DNA of 64,000 nt. Origin: Octopus sinensis (taxonomy: Eukaryota). Numbering within the stretch: the first letter of the stretch is position 1; each line of letters starts with the position of its first letter. This document shows, one piece after another, positions 11,628 to 24,548 of the stretch. The notes under the pieces are model-generated. The model made no database searches, had not been told where the DNA came from, and worked only from the letters and a program-made list of their open reading frames with translations. The translations under genes and the position numbers were made by a program. Where the stretch lies: assembly GCF_006345805.1 (NCBI RefSeq), contig NC_042999.1, forward strand, positions 4,092,001-4,156,000, given 5' to 3'.

Positions 11628-11838
11628 AGGAAGCTGACAATCATTACTGCTACCAGACAAAATGCTTTGCATTTTCTCCAACATGATGTTCTGAGTTCAA
11701 ATTCTGTGAAGGTTAACTTTGTCTTTCATCTATTCGGGATCGATAAATTAAGTACCAGTGAAACACTGGGGTCGATGTAATCAACTTAGCCCCACTCCAC
11801 CAGATTTCAGGTCTTGTGCCTTTAGTATTAAGGATTAG
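11628..11838 (+). mobile_element. SINE family B
   Basis: gagttcaaattc B-box and core ctttcatctattcgggatcgataaattaagtaccag. Confidence 0.75.
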
Positions 11839-11958
11839 TATTATTATTATTGAGAGAGTAGCACACGCCATCAAAGTGATATTGGGGTCTGAGGTATAAT
11901 CATTTGAAGCCCAATATACCTATCATGATTATTATTATTACTATTATTATCATTATTC

Positions 11959-12171
11959 AAGGCAGTTAACTGGCAGAAATGTTAGCACACCAGGCGAAAT
12001 GCTTAGTGGTATTTTGTCCACTGCTATGTTCTGAGTTCAAATTCCAACGAGGTCAACTTTGCCTTTCATCCTTTCGGGGTTGATAAACTAAGTCCAATCA
12101 AACACTGGGGTTGCTGTTATCAACTAGTTCCCTCCCCCAAAATTTCAGGCTTTGTGCTTTTAGTGGAAAGG

Positions 12172-12237
<66 letters not shown>

Positions 12238-12238
12238 T
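11959..12238 (+). mobile_element. SINE family B with (ATT)n tail
   Basis: Full head and core gcctttcatcctttcggggttgataaa, then ggatt(att)n. Confidence 0.8.
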
Positions 12239-13220
12239 TTAATTATTTTAATTTTATGATTCTAAATCCTGAATTCCAACCACACATCTGAATTGAATAG
12301 ATACTATCACAGCTAAAAATATCTAAATATTGCTTTCCTAAACATTTAAAGAGTATCAACTTATACAACCAGCAGTGGATGTCACTTCTATTTTTTTTCC
12401 TTTTATTCCAGCATTCTCTAATAGCTTCAGCATATATATGTATTGATTTTTTAATTGGTTAAAAACTGTGATTCTGTGAAAAAGAAAAAAAAAAGAAAAA
12501 GAGATAAAAAAGAGCAGTGGAATAATCAAATTAACTTTCATCAAATATGACCCACTACAAGTGCATCTTAGAGAGTTCACAGCTCTGCATTAAAATCAAT
12601 ATTTAATGTCTTCAGAAAACCAGTTAAGCCTTCAAAACAGTTATTGTGTGGCTCACCTTTTTTTAATCAAATCTTTTACTTTGAAGAACTGCTATTAGTC
12701 AGTAGATATAAAACACAAGAAATTATTCCTAAATAGAAACAAATCAATATAAATATGAAGGTCTATAAAAAGTATTTCTAATTTTATTGATTTCCAAAGT
12801 GTGCAATAGGTAGTTTGTTATTTTTCTTTTTTTTTTGTGTTGACTTTCACTTCGAATTTCAAGAACATAGATCCATTATTTGCAGTCGTATTTCTAATTT
12901 TAATATAACACATTGATGTGACGGCATATTTCAAACGGTTTTCTATTCATTTGTTTTTTTCCATTCCTGCATGACTGGGATAAGATTTTTTTTGTCTTTT
13001 CTTTCTTCTTTTATTTTAAATCAAATTTGAATATTTACGTATGAATTGTTACAGTTTGTTGTTATGGTCTGGTTATATCTTCTACTCTTACCCTTCAACT
13101 ATGAAGTGAATAGAAGTAGTCATTCTTCAACAGAGTACATTTTACTTGCTTCTGTTTGAATCACCAACAGAACCTACTAGGTTTTCTGAAGCAGACTTGA
13201 TGATGGGAAAATATTAACGA

Positions 13221-13612
13221 AGGCAAAAGCATGACTAGGTACTTAAAACGTTTGCTTGCAACCATATGGCTTCAGGTTCAAACTTATTACATTGCACCTT
13301 GAGAAGGTGTCTTCTACTTTATCCACAGGCTGCCTAAAACCTTGTGAATAGATTTCATCATCAGAAACTGTGTAGAAGTATGTATATGTGTGCAAGTGTT
13401 TGTGTTTGTTCCTGTAACATTCAACTTAAGATGTTAACAGACCAACAAGTGTGGGCTTGTTTACATCTCTTTAACTTCACAGTTTAGCAAAAGAGACTGA
13501 TAAAATAGGTACCAGACGAAAATAAGCACTGGGGTCAATTTGTATGACCTAACCCAACGATATAGTGCTCCATCATGGCTGCAGTCCAATGAATGAAACT
13601 AGTAAAAGAGTA
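13221..13612 (+). mobile_element. SINE family A, diverged
   Basis: Colinear with 7669 and 48354 throughout, ending gcagtccaatgaatgaaactagtaaaagag. Confidence 0.75.
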
Positions 13613-13855
13613 TACCCCACACCAAGTGAAAGAGGAAACATCTACATAGCTACTTGACTTGCTAGTAATAGCTATCAAATCTCGCCCAAATCATGTTTTA
13701 CCATCTTAAAGAAAGAGAATATTAAGTAATGTACTTCAAAATAAAAATGGAATGGTTAAGGCTGAATTGCTTTTGTTTGTGTATCTAAATGAATATATAT
13801 ATGTGTGTGTGTGTGTGTGTATAAAATTATCATCATCATCATCATCCACACACAC

Positions 13856-14076
13856 AAGAGGGTGCTGAAAAGTTCTTGGCTTTAAGAGTATCACAAAGGG
13901 CCTGGTTGGAGGTTCAACCTTCCAAGTTCTATTACAAGACTTAGAAAAACTGAAGGACTGCTACTATAAGTGTGTGAATCTGAGAGGAGAATATGTTGGA
14001 TAGAATCATGATTAACTGATCCACCTATATTTTCTTTTATCCTACGTCAGGAACTTTTCAATCCCCCCACTCATGT
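13856..14076 (+). mobile_element. Non-autonomous mariner-type element
   Basis: Degenerate TIRs gagggtgctgaaaagttcttggc / gtcaggaacttttcaatcccc. Internal LEKLKDCYYKCVNLRGEYVG*, matching the mariner transposase C-terminus (IxKLxxRWxKCIxxxGEYVE). Confidence 0.75.
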
Positions 14077-14083
14077 ATATATA

Positions 14084-14118
<35 letters not shown>

Positions 14119-14123
14119 TGTCC

Positions 14124-14503
14124 ATGGATAGCTGTGTGGTAAGAAGGTTTCTTCACAACCACATGGTTTTGGGTTCAGTTCCACTGCATGGCACACTGGG
14201 CAAGTGTCTTCAACTATAGTCTCAGGTTGAGCAAAGGCTTATGAGTGGATTTTGTAAACAGATACTGAAAGAAGCCTGCTGTGTGTGTGTGTGTGCGTGT
14301 GTGTGTGATTTTGTATGTCTGTGTTGCCACTAATCACTGCTTGACAACTGGTGTTGCTGTGTTTACATCCCTGTAACTTAGCAGTTCAGCAAAAGATATT
14401 GATAGAATAAGCACTGGGATCAATCCATTTGGCTAAAAATTCTTCAAGGTGTTGTCCCAGCATGGTTGCATTCTAATGACTGAAACAAATAAAAGATAAA
14501 AGA
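14124..14503 (+). mobile_element. SINE family A
   Basis: gctgtgtggtaagaag..ccacatggttttgggttcagttccactgc..gggcaagtgtctt, with the tail actgaaacaaataaaag. Confidence 0.85.
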
Positions 14504-15052
14504 TATTTTCAAAAAAGGCACATTTTCTGTAATTTCTTACTCCTACACTTTACTACTATTTTGTAGTGTTTTTTTAAAACTTTTAATTGTTATATTAAAT
14601 TTTGAATAACCTGATCAACTAGTATTGGCCTTCTTCTTTTTCTGTAGGTTAACAAAAACATCTTGGAATTCCATCAATAATTAAAAAAATTAAATAAGAT
14701 TCTAGATTCTCAGCTAGTATTGACATTTAGTTGACTAAATATTGTATGCCTTCATAGAAATAATCAACATTTTAAGTATTGATGATATAATAGTGATTGA
14801 TGATCGCCATTATATCATCAATACTTTATATTCAGATAGGAAAAAAATGAAAGAGAGAGAGAGTTATCATCATTAAAATTGTCGCAATAATCTCCATTCA
14901 TTTTGGAAGAGACCAGAAAAGCAGGGAGAAAAAAATTAATGTCTTTTTGCAAGGAATTACATTTTGAAATAAAACATTCCAAGTATTTCTTGAATTTTTT
15001 TCTACCTTTCATTGATGGTTAGTTGTGGAATTTTCAGGAATTTGATTAAAAT

Positions 15053-15226
15053 GCGCACAGGCATGATAGTGTGGTTAAGAAGCATACTTCCCAATCATGG
15101 TGATCTAGGTTCAGTTCCAATGCATGGTACCTTGCTTACTATAGCCCTGGGGTGATAAAAAGTTTGTGAGTGGATTTGACTGATAGAAACTGAAATGAAT
15201 CCATCATATATATATATATATATATA
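15053..15226 (+). mobile_element. SINE family A 5' half
   Basis: A/B-box head followed by gtgagtggatttg..gaaactgaaa, ending in (TA)n. Confidence 0.7.
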
Positions 15227-15906
15227 ATTTTAAAATAGGCTAAAATCTTTATAAGAATTTATCAAGTAGTTAGCATGAAAAACCTCATAAGGGAAAAATT
15301 TATTAATTATTCTTTTTAAATATATTTATTTATATTAAAGGCATTACTATACATAAATGCTTCATGCTAGGAGGGACTCCTAAAGTCAAAACTACCATAA
15401 TAAACACATTGTACCACACGCGAGGGAATGCAACTTTTGAAGCGAGCCTTTTAAAAACAGATTCAGCCACAGATCATATGATTTCATAATTAGTGCGCAA
15501 CATGCACTTTTTAATTGTCAGTGCAGGCATAATCAAGACACATAAAAATGAACAAAAAAATCAACTTACCAGCTGAACACCAAATGTATCCAGCGTAGTA
15601 CATAGAATTGTTCACACTTATATATCTATGTAAGAGGCGGGCTTTTTGAATTGCATCTTGGTACACGTGTTTATTCGGAAAAAAATTCAGCACTGAATAT
15701 ATGCCAGTTAAATTTACAATTTAAAAATAGGATAAGATCTTTATAAAAATTTATCGAGTAGTTAGCATGAAAAACTTCATAAGCGGAAAATTTATTAATT
15801 ATGCCCTTTAAATATATTTGTTTATATTAAGGGCATAACTATACATAAATGCCTCACACTAGGAGGGACTCCTAAAGTCAAAGCTACCATAATAAACACA
15901 TTGTAC
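15227..15906. mobile_element. Element with ~190-bp direct terminal repeats (period ~491 bp) inserted at (TA)n; Penelope-like or partial tandem unit
   Basis: 15227-15414 and 15718-15906 are ~90% identical (both end ggagggactcctaaagtcaaa.ctaccataataaacacattgtac). No TG..CA ends and no primer-binding site seen. Confidence 0.6.
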
Positions 15907-15939
15907 TGAACGAATATATATCAATATGTGACCGTGTGT

Positions 15940-16133
15940 GTATCATTAGCGATTTTCTTTCTCCGTCTTCCCTTCCTTGGACCTTTTTCTACGTTTCTGA
16001 TGAAGAGTTCCACTCGAAACAAATCCTCCTTCTTTCTTTCCTTTCCTGAGCATCCAATAACACTATACTTGTTCCATATGCTCACGTTGTTGTGTTTTCT
16101 CTGTGTGTTTAATTGTTTGGATTAACTATATAT
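15940..16133 (+). mobile_element. Penelope-like short element (family P1) with hammerhead motif at 15993-16024
   Basis: Same family as 61460-61650 (minus). Contains GTTT-CTGATGA-A-GAGT-TCC-ACTC-GAAAC-AAAT and ends tttggattaac(TA)n. Confidence 0.7.
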
Positions 16134-16142
16134 AAGTATATA

Positions 16143-16322
16143 TCATCATCATCATCATCATTGTTTAGCGTCCGCTTCCATGCTAGCATGGGTTGGACAG
16201 TTCAACTGGAGTCTGGGAAGCCAGAAGGCTGCACCAGGCCCAGTCTGATCTGGCAATGTTTCTACGGCTGGATGCCCTTCCTAACGCCAACCACTCCATG
16301 AGTGTAGTGGGTGCTTTTTACG

Positions 16323-16327
<5 letters not shown>
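16143..16327 (-). mobile_element. RTE-type 3' tail, young
   Basis: (CAT)n gtttagcgtccgcttccatgctagcatgggttggac... matches the 3' UTR of the RTE copy at 56927-57766. Confidence 0.85.
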
Positions 16328-16360
<33 letters not shown>

Positions 16361-16365
16361 TATAT

Positions 16366-16735
16366 ATGATTGTGTGGTTAAAAAACTTGTTTCCCAACCA
16401 TGTGCTTTCAAGTTCAGTAGCACTGTGCAGTACCTAAGGCAAGCTACTTCTACTATAACCTTTGGCAAAAGCTGAAGGAAATCAGTAATATTTGTGTGTG
16501 TGTGCATGTGCTGTGTGTGCACGTGCATGTGTGTGCATGTGCATGTGTGTGCATATCTGTGTGTAGGTATGTATCTCTCAATATCACGTGATGGTTATAA
16601 TGAAGTATCACAATTAAGCAATAATGATAATTTCTGATCCTCCACAAACTCCATGTCTGACTATGGGAATACATTAGCTTGCACTAGAAACATAAAAATA
16701 CTGGCAATAGTTAGGGCATCTGGCCATAGACAATT
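16366..16735 (+). mobile_element. SINE family A variant, diverged
   Basis: tgtgtggtt..cccaaccatgtg..gttcagt head, TG-rich middle, variant 3' end. Confidence 0.6.
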
Positions 16736-17005
16736 TTGTTTGATTCTTTCTTCTTTTTTGATTATTCTTTCACACTTCTTTTCAGTCAGTGCCAGGTTTT
16801 CTATGATTTCTTCATTCTTTCAGTAGTCTGAATCTTGTATTGAAGGAATTAATTTTTAATTTCAGATTACAGTTCTCGGCTTGTATAACTCATTCATTTA
16901 CTTGATTCATTCAGTGTCTCATTTGTTTTAGTCTCTTGTCTTTTTTTTTTTTTTGTTCTTAAACCATAAAAAAGTATAATATTAGATTAGCAACTAAGTC
17001 TTCCT

Positions 17006-17386
17006 GGAGGCGCAATGGCCCAGTGGTTAGGGCAGCGGACTCGCGATCGTAGGATCGCGGTTTCGATTCCCAGACCGGGCGTTATGAGTGTTTATTGAGC
17101 GAAAACACCTAAAGCTCCACGAGGCTCCAGCAGGGATGGTGGTGATCCCTGCTGTACTCTTTCGCCACAACTTTCTCTCACTCTTACTTCCTGTTTCTGT
17201 TGTGCCTGTATTTCAAAGGGCCGGCCTTGTCACTCTCTGTGTCACGCTGAATATCCCCGAGAACTACGTTAAGGGTACACGTGTCTGTGGAGTGCTCAGC
17301 CACTTACACGTTAATTTCACGAGCAGGCTGTTCTGTTGATCGGATCAACCGGAACCCTTGCCGTCGTAACCGACGGAGTGCTTCCA
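17006..17386 (+). mobile_element. tRNA-derived SINE family C, young full-length copy
   Basis: GGAGGCGCAATGGCCCAGTGGTTAGGGCAGCGGACTCGCG...GGTTTCGATTCCC (A and B boxes). CpG-rich, so little decayed. 3' hairpin CCGTCG-TAAC-CGACGG. An older copy lies at 31955-32240. Confidence 0.9.
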
Positions 17387-19200
17387 TCCATTCTCTTCAG
17401 TTTTTTATATCAATTTTCTGCATAACAAATACTACTCCTCTATTTTCCATGTTCAGCAGATTGCATTATAGCAATCTTCTATCAATGAACCGATCATTCT
17501 ATAATTTTAATACAAGAATTGCTAACATAGTCTGACATAGTTTGTATAAAGACATTTAATTATGAGATCAGAATTATATTATAATTTCATAAATATCAAG
17601 AAGGGAAATCAGTGATCTATATTTCCTAAACATTATGTTATCTTTTATTTATCTTCCACTGTTTGACCCAGCTACTTCCACCAGCGTTTATATACTGCAG
17701 AGTAGCCATGTACCTTCTCTATAGTAAGGCATGTATTTCTATCCTTCTATTATATGTTAGCCTCTCAACACCTGGCATATTATCACCCACCCCTCTCTCT
17801 ACTACTACTACTACTACTACACTTCCACTCTGTCATGGGGCTCACTCTGTTTTTTAGTTTTCTCTTGTGGGTTACTTGATATCCTCTCTAGCGATGGTGC
17901 CATGAAAAAGATAAAAAGCATCCAATGCACTCTGTATTTAAAGTGGCTGGTATTAAAAAGGACACAACTGTAGAATTCATGCCAAAGCCGACACTGGAGT
18001 TTGACACAGTCCTCTAGATCGTTAGATCCTGTTGAACAAGCCAACTCATGCCAGCATAAAATACAGATGTAGAATGGTGGTTTTGGTGGTGGTTATGATA
18101 ATGATGATGGTGATAACCCTGAAGACAACAACCTTATAAGACTGACACAAGAATATCCCAGTGAAAAATAGCATAAAGCTGACAGTATAATTGGCAAATT
18201 CATTCAAGTACTTGCCAAGGTATTCCTAGTTCTTTTTGGCACTCATATTTTTCCTTTTTCTCATGATATTCATTCTCTCCCCCTCCCCCTTCCTCACTCT
18301 CTCCCTTTCTCTCTCTTTCCTTTTCTCACTCTTTCCCTTTTTCACTTTCTACCCCTCTTTCTCTCTCTATATTTATGCCTACATTTATATTTAATGTATA
18401 TTGAACAATCCAAGCATGACAAATAATTAGTTGTATAATTCATGACTATTTCCAATTACTTGTTATTAAAAGAATTATTTAAGCATTTCACTGTTAGCAA
18501 TACCAAAATAGACTAAAAACTCAGTGCAATTCTTTTATATTCTGATACGGTTTGTTCAACTATGTGTTTTTTGAAAGTTCTATGTAAAAATATTTCTGTT
18601 TGTACATGAAACATTTTTACATCTTACCATTCTTTCTTCATTTAAAAAATTTTTTTCTATGATTGCAATCTGTGGAATTCAACATAAACAAACTGGATTC
18701 ACAATGGATTGAAATTGCTGTTGATTTTAACATATATTTCTTACATATCTTTTTTAATAGTTAATCCCTTAAAACAATTTTTTAAAAATTGCTATGTCAA
18801 AAATCATAAATTGATTATTACTCTGGAGCTTTTGTTTCAAAACATATCAAATGAAAGGAGAGAAAAAAATGATAAAGAGATATAAAACATCTATAAATAA
18901 ACACCATGTAGTTTATTTATCATTGTCGAGCGAATGTAGGAATCTCTTCTGTATCGCTTGAGGCAAAGATAAGGATGATACCAAAAAAAAAATAATAATA
19001 ATAAAATAAAGAGAAAAATTCTTTATAGATATCAATGTTTTCAGTTGATTGATACACCAAACTAAAATTTGTTACAACAATATAGAAGAAAAGAAAATCA
19101 AGATTTGATATTTATTTATATATTTTTGTAGCAGACACCTTTTTTTTTTAAAGTTTTCTTTTTTGTTGCATTTATCATTCTCCCAATCACTGCTGCATAC

Positions 19201-20160
19201 AATCTCACTAGTAAAGTTGCAATCATTTATTTTTATCACCAAGTACATTAGTACCACCAATGACAATGTATATACTAATCATCACTATCAATACTATTAG
19301 AATCATTATTACCACCACTACCATCACCACTATCACAATGATGGAGGCTTCATCTCATGATCTGATAGTTTGGATTCAAACAGAGAATACAGATTTTATA
19401 TGTTGATTTCATCAAAAATCATACCTAAAGCAGTTTTTAAGGTTATATAGTTGCAGTAAATGCTAAAATTCCACCTAAAAAGTCAAGATTCCAACTGTTT
19501 TAGTTGTTGGTTAAGGTTTTTTTTTCCCACTTTATCACTATAAACCTGGAACTTGCTTGACCATTATCACTATGTTTCCTTTCTCTTAAAATATAGTATC
19601 TTTGTTCTTAGTCAAAAGAAACCAATTTCTGTAGCAAGTTGTCAGAAACTGGCAAGCATTTGATTAAATAAATGATTGATAGTATTTAGCTTTTTATTCC
19701 GCCCCTACTTTCTGTTCACTCTAATCTACTGAGATTTATTCTTTTATAAAAGATGGCCCTTGTGTCTAATCAAAAAGAAAGAGCCAACATTTTATGATTT
19801 GTGAAGGGTGGTAGAGGTGCAGATGGCTAAACCTGCAGAATCTCAGACTTAAGAACTTCTATTTTATCTCTATAGTATCTTATTCTCTTAAAATTAACTC
19901 TTTTTTTTTTTGTTTATCCCCAGAATTCATAAAATAAATACTAGTAGTGTAGTGAAAAATATTCAGTTGACTATAGAGCCACCTGCAAAATTCAATTGTA
20001 ATCTTTAGTAAGTGTTATATGTTTTCTGAAGGGTGGAGAATTATAGCAAATACTGAAGAGATATATAATCTCACTGGCAATGTTGCTATCATTTATTTTT
20101 ATCACTGACTACATTACCACTACCAATAACAAGGTATACACAAGTCCTCACCATCATCAT
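19201..20160 (+). repeat. Old direct duplication (19201-19290 versus 20067-20157)
   Basis: aatctcactagtaaagttgcaatcatttatttttatcacc.. versus aatctcactggcaatgttgctatcatttatttttatcact.., roughly 75% identity. Confidence 0.7.
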
Positions 20161-22088
20161 TATCCATCATCTCTTCACTACACCAAACCCTAACAACAAT
20201 ATTGGAAGATTGCTGACTTTCCTAGGATTAGCAATACTGTCCTCAGTAGTCAAAACCACAAGAATATCTGAGATGAACTGATGATGAGAATTTTTCCATT
20301 TGTTCTATCTATTGTATGTTCTTCTCAGATGTGCCTAATTTTTCCTGTATGTGTGTGAGAAAGTGTGTGTGCGTGTATGTATCCATACACATGAATGTGC
20401 GCATGCGTGCACACACACACACACACACACACACTCGTTGTTTTACAGTATCTAGTTCTGATATCTGAAATATTAGCATTCAAATCTTCTTCAGGTCATC
20501 ACCTTCGTTCTTTCAATCATCTGAAGTTAATGAAATTAGTACCAATAATTAAAATTTCAATTAACTCCTTAGGTTTTCTTTAATCTTGTCAAAAGAAATC
20601 AATATTAGGTCCTCATTGCATTTATCTATCTTCCATGTGGTTTTGATGTAAAGAATGACAGTAAATAATGATTCAAAAATTTCAAATGATTATATTATTT
20701 CACAATAAAATTATCAAACTTTTAATTTGAAATTGTAACATCAAGATTAAGCCATTTAATTACTAGTTGTCTGTAATAAAGTCCCATAGGGAATGGTGCC
20801 AGAAATTATGAAACTTAGATATTTTTGCAACAGATGTTCAGATAGTTGAGAGAAAAGAGTAGAATGTGAAAGTATACGACTTCCTGGTATTTTTCTTTTT
20901 TTTAGTTTTGCTTCTATATATTCTGAGTTGCAAATCTTGTTATGGTTAAATTTCTTTTTTTTTTTTATTGAGTTCAAAAACATAAAATCCACCATTTTAT
21001 TGAGAATCAATGCAAATGAAAATGCCATCTACAGAAATTAGTTTTGTACCTTGTCAAAAGAATTCAAATTCATTTATATATAACTAATCTATAACATGGA
21101 TACTTAGAGACACAACTGACAAAGCCTTCTGTATTTATTACTAAGGGTTATAAGATAGTTTCACTCCTTCATTTGATATCTGTCTATTTGTGCATGTGCG
21201 TGTGTGTGTGTGTGTGTGTGTGCGATGGAGTTGAGTGGGGCTTCAGTAGCAGAGTATAGAATACATGAAAAGAAACAGTGAGGTTGGATCTCATACTGAT
21301 AGGCTTTACAGATGAGATTATAAAAGATTAACGTGAGAAGCAGTATGATGCAAAACAATCCTGGCCAATCTGTGGCAGGATAAAGAAATGGGCATTAAAA
21401 TATTTGGGTGAAAGAGGAGGTTGTGGTTGTGGTGATAGCATCAGTAACAGAGAAGGAGGACAGTGATGATGAGGACAATGTGGAGGAGGATGTTTGGAAC
21501 ACATGCATGCACACAGACATGTTCAGTGGGAATGGCAAGTCTGAGACTACAGTCTACTATTGTAATTACAGGTTGCACATGTTGGCTGGTATGCAATAGC
21601 CCTTTGCATGTTAACTTGTCATGCACATGCATCTAGTATCAGATTAATATCTTCGTCTTCTTCTATGAGGGATCCTCATTGTGTGTGTGCATTCATGGAG
21701 GAAATTAATGATGAAATAACAGCTGGGGAGGGAAATTTTGGAATTGAACAGAGGTGAAGGGTAGAGGCTGCTAACTGTATGAATTCATTTATTCTCTGTG
21801 TGCATTTGTATGTTTAAATGAGTATGTATGTGTATGCACATGTGTTTGTGTGTGTGTGTATGTATATGAATGAAACAAAGAAAGTTATACTATATATTAT
21901 ATGTGTATGTGTGTTTGTATGTTTGTGTATGTATATGAATGAAATAGTTACTCCACATATTCTGTATGTGTGTGTGTGTGTGTATGAGACAAAGAGAGTT
22001 ACTTCATATGTCTGTTTGAAGCTAAAGTATTATTCTATTACAATTCAAAGTTCCTTGTTCTATAGCTCATTGTATTTTATTTTCTGTT

Positions 22089-22127
<39 letters not shown>

Positions 22128-23171
22128 ATGTGTATGTGTGTTTTAAAGATTGCCTGTATTAAGTAAACGTCTTTAACAACTGTTACTTGAGGTGGGATAA
22201 ACGAAATTGAAAAATACAAATATAGGAAACTTTCGTAACAAAAAGTAAAAATAAAAGATATCAAGAACAAACATAAGACTAGCTAATATTCTAATATTGC
22301 TGATAGTGACACAGACTGTGGAACTCATAACATCTATTAGTACAAAGAAAACCAAAGCAATACCTCAATACCTTAGTAATTCTTTGTAGTTTTATAAAAC
22401 ATTAAAAATTTTTATATTTATTTCTCTCATCTGTGACAGAAGATCAGAATCTAGATAGAATATGAAAGAGGTTTTCCCCTAGAAAGCTGTCTGGTTACTT
22501 TTAATTCTGGTTATAACTATTAAACATATGTCAACATGCATCTATATGTGTGCATGTGCATGCATTCAAGTCTGTTTTCAACTGAATTTTATCAATTATG
22601 CATTTTTTCGACTGTGGAATATTTGAAGAATGCTAGAGAGAATAGAATGCTTACAAAACAAACGTAAGTTATAAAAGCTATAAAAGTATTATTTTTGAAA
22701 TTTTTCTATTCTTCCTTCTTAACATTTTATAAAAATTTAAAAAAATTTTCTTCTGTTTCTTTTTGTACTTGTGTAAACTCTCCAGAGGTAAACTGAGCTG
22801 GTAAAAGAGCATTCTTATTCAAATATGTACACTGAGCACAGAGATGTGACATGACTACAGTCAGAATACTTCCCAGGTAGTATTGAATTCAGAAGCAAAA
22901 TTCTTGAGTTATAAAAGTGCAGAATGAATGGATTCATGTAAGAAATTAATGGCAGAATACAGCAGTAAAGGGAAATTTTACAAAGAAATGCACAGCAGTG
23001 GAAAGTACAAGGAGATAACTGTATAGATAGATATATCCTTATTCCTTATATGGAGTATATAAATTATTATGTATCCGTGCATATGTTTACAATTTCATAT
23101 TTATACTTGAAACAGTACAGCATATGCGTGTGTGCACATGCACACACTCCCACACACGCATATATATTTCT

Positions 23172-23393
23172 TTACTACCCACAAGGGGCTAAACATAGAG
23201 GGGACAAACAAGGACTGACAAAGGGATTAAGTCGATTACATCGACCCCAGTGCGTAACTGGTACTTAATTTATCGACTCCGAAAGGATGAAAGGCAAAGT
23301 CAACCTCGGCGGAATTTGAACTCGGAACGTAACGACAGATGAAATACGGCTACGCATTTCACCCGGCGTGCTAACGTTTCTGCCAGCTCGCCG
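23172..23393 (-). mobile_element. SINE family B, young CpG-rich copy
   Basis: Minus strand GGCGAGCTGGCAGAAACGTTAGCACGCCGGG...GAGTTCAAATTCCGCCGAGGTTGACTTTGCCTTTCATCCTTTCGGAGTCGATAAATTAAGTACCAG. Confidence 0.9.
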
Positions 23394-23411
23394 CAAGACA
23401 TGGTTCTGTAG

Positions 23412-23830
23412 CTGCAGGTATGGCTGTCTGGTTAAGATGTTCACTTCATGGCCATTTGATTTTGTGTTCAATCTCCCTGCGTGTCACTTTTAGCAAATGT
23501 CATCTACTATAGCTGTAGGCTGACCAAAGCCTTGCAAATAGCTTTGGTAGAGGGAAACTAAAAGAAGTCTGTTGTTGTGGAAATAAATGAGTGTGTCTGT
23601 GCTAGTATCTTTTTGTCTTGACATTGTGCAACAGTCGTAAACTAGCAACAACATCATACAGACAGTATTGTTCATTTCCAGCCTCCCATGTAAACACGCC
23701 TGACTATGGGGAAATAGTGTCTTACATCCAGCCTTAGAAAATTTGTCTCAACAAATTCTGTTTAACCTATGTAAGCCGGGAAAAGTGAATGTTAAAATGA
23801 TGATGATGATGATGATGATGATGATAAGGA
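23412..23830 (+). mobile_element. SINE family A variant with (GAT)n tail
   Basis: Head ggtatggctgtctggttaag, body tgaccaaagccttg, end gaaaagtgaatgttaaaat(gat)n. Confidence 0.65.
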
Positions 23831-24311
23831 TGATGACAATGATGACTACACACACACGTTCTATTTTTAGTCAGTGTATGAAGACTGTAAAGCCTATATT
23901 AGCTCATTATTCCTGTTTTCCTTCAACACAATTTTACCTTGTCACACCAGTAGACAACTTTTGTTCCATACCATTATCATAAAATATAAGCCAATGAGTG
24001 TGCCCCTACATAGCTACTTGACTTTCTAGAACTAGCTGCCAAGCTTCCCCTCATATAACATACCACTGTCTTATAAAAAGGAAGGACACATTGAAAAATG
24101 TTGACCTAGGATATACTGTATTTGAAAATAAATGTGATGGTCATCTCTGACTTATCTCTAAGTATAAATCTACTCAATCAGGACTGACTCAGGGCTACAT
24201 AACAACAGCAACAGCAAGATATAATGCACCTACTGGAAATTTCTACCAGGATTCCTTCTTTGGAAAGGTGTGTATGCATTCTGTGATGCCACTACAAGTC
24301 TGATGACTTTA

Positions 24312-24548
24312 CCCTTTGACTGTAATTTGTATCACATGATTCACAGCACAAAATTTCTGGTGTCTATGCAGCATATATGATACACATTGCCATTTTTTTT
24401 TTTCAACCACTAGAGTAACTTAGGACTTGTGAAAGGAAAGTTTTTATGTCACTCAGAATATACGAAACAACGACTAACTAAAAGCCTGAAAAGAAAATGC
24501 ATGGACATTTAGGACAAACTTGTGAAAATGATTTGGACAGGTAAAGGG
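24312..24548. mobile_element. Degenerate piggyBac-like MITE
   Basis: ttta|CCCTTTGACTGT ... ACAGGTAAAGGG|ttaa: CCC/GGG termini, imperfect TIRs and a TTAA-type target site (left copy mutated). Confidence 0.5.

Noticed and set aside
12657-12728. Minus-strand segment with good splice signals
   Set aside because: Stops in all three frames; such signals occur by chance in 64 kb.
15255-15300. Hammerhead in the 190-bp direct repeats (minus strand CTTATGA...GATA)
   Set aside because: Two core mismatches in both copies and no consistent stems.
17006-17080. tRNA gene
   Set aside because: Has A/B boxes but no proper acceptor stem and continues into a SINE body; the same applies to the other tRNA-like heads.
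20265-20330. CTGATGA enclosed by a 12-bp stem
   Set aside because: No GAAA or stem II; probably the tail of an old repeat.
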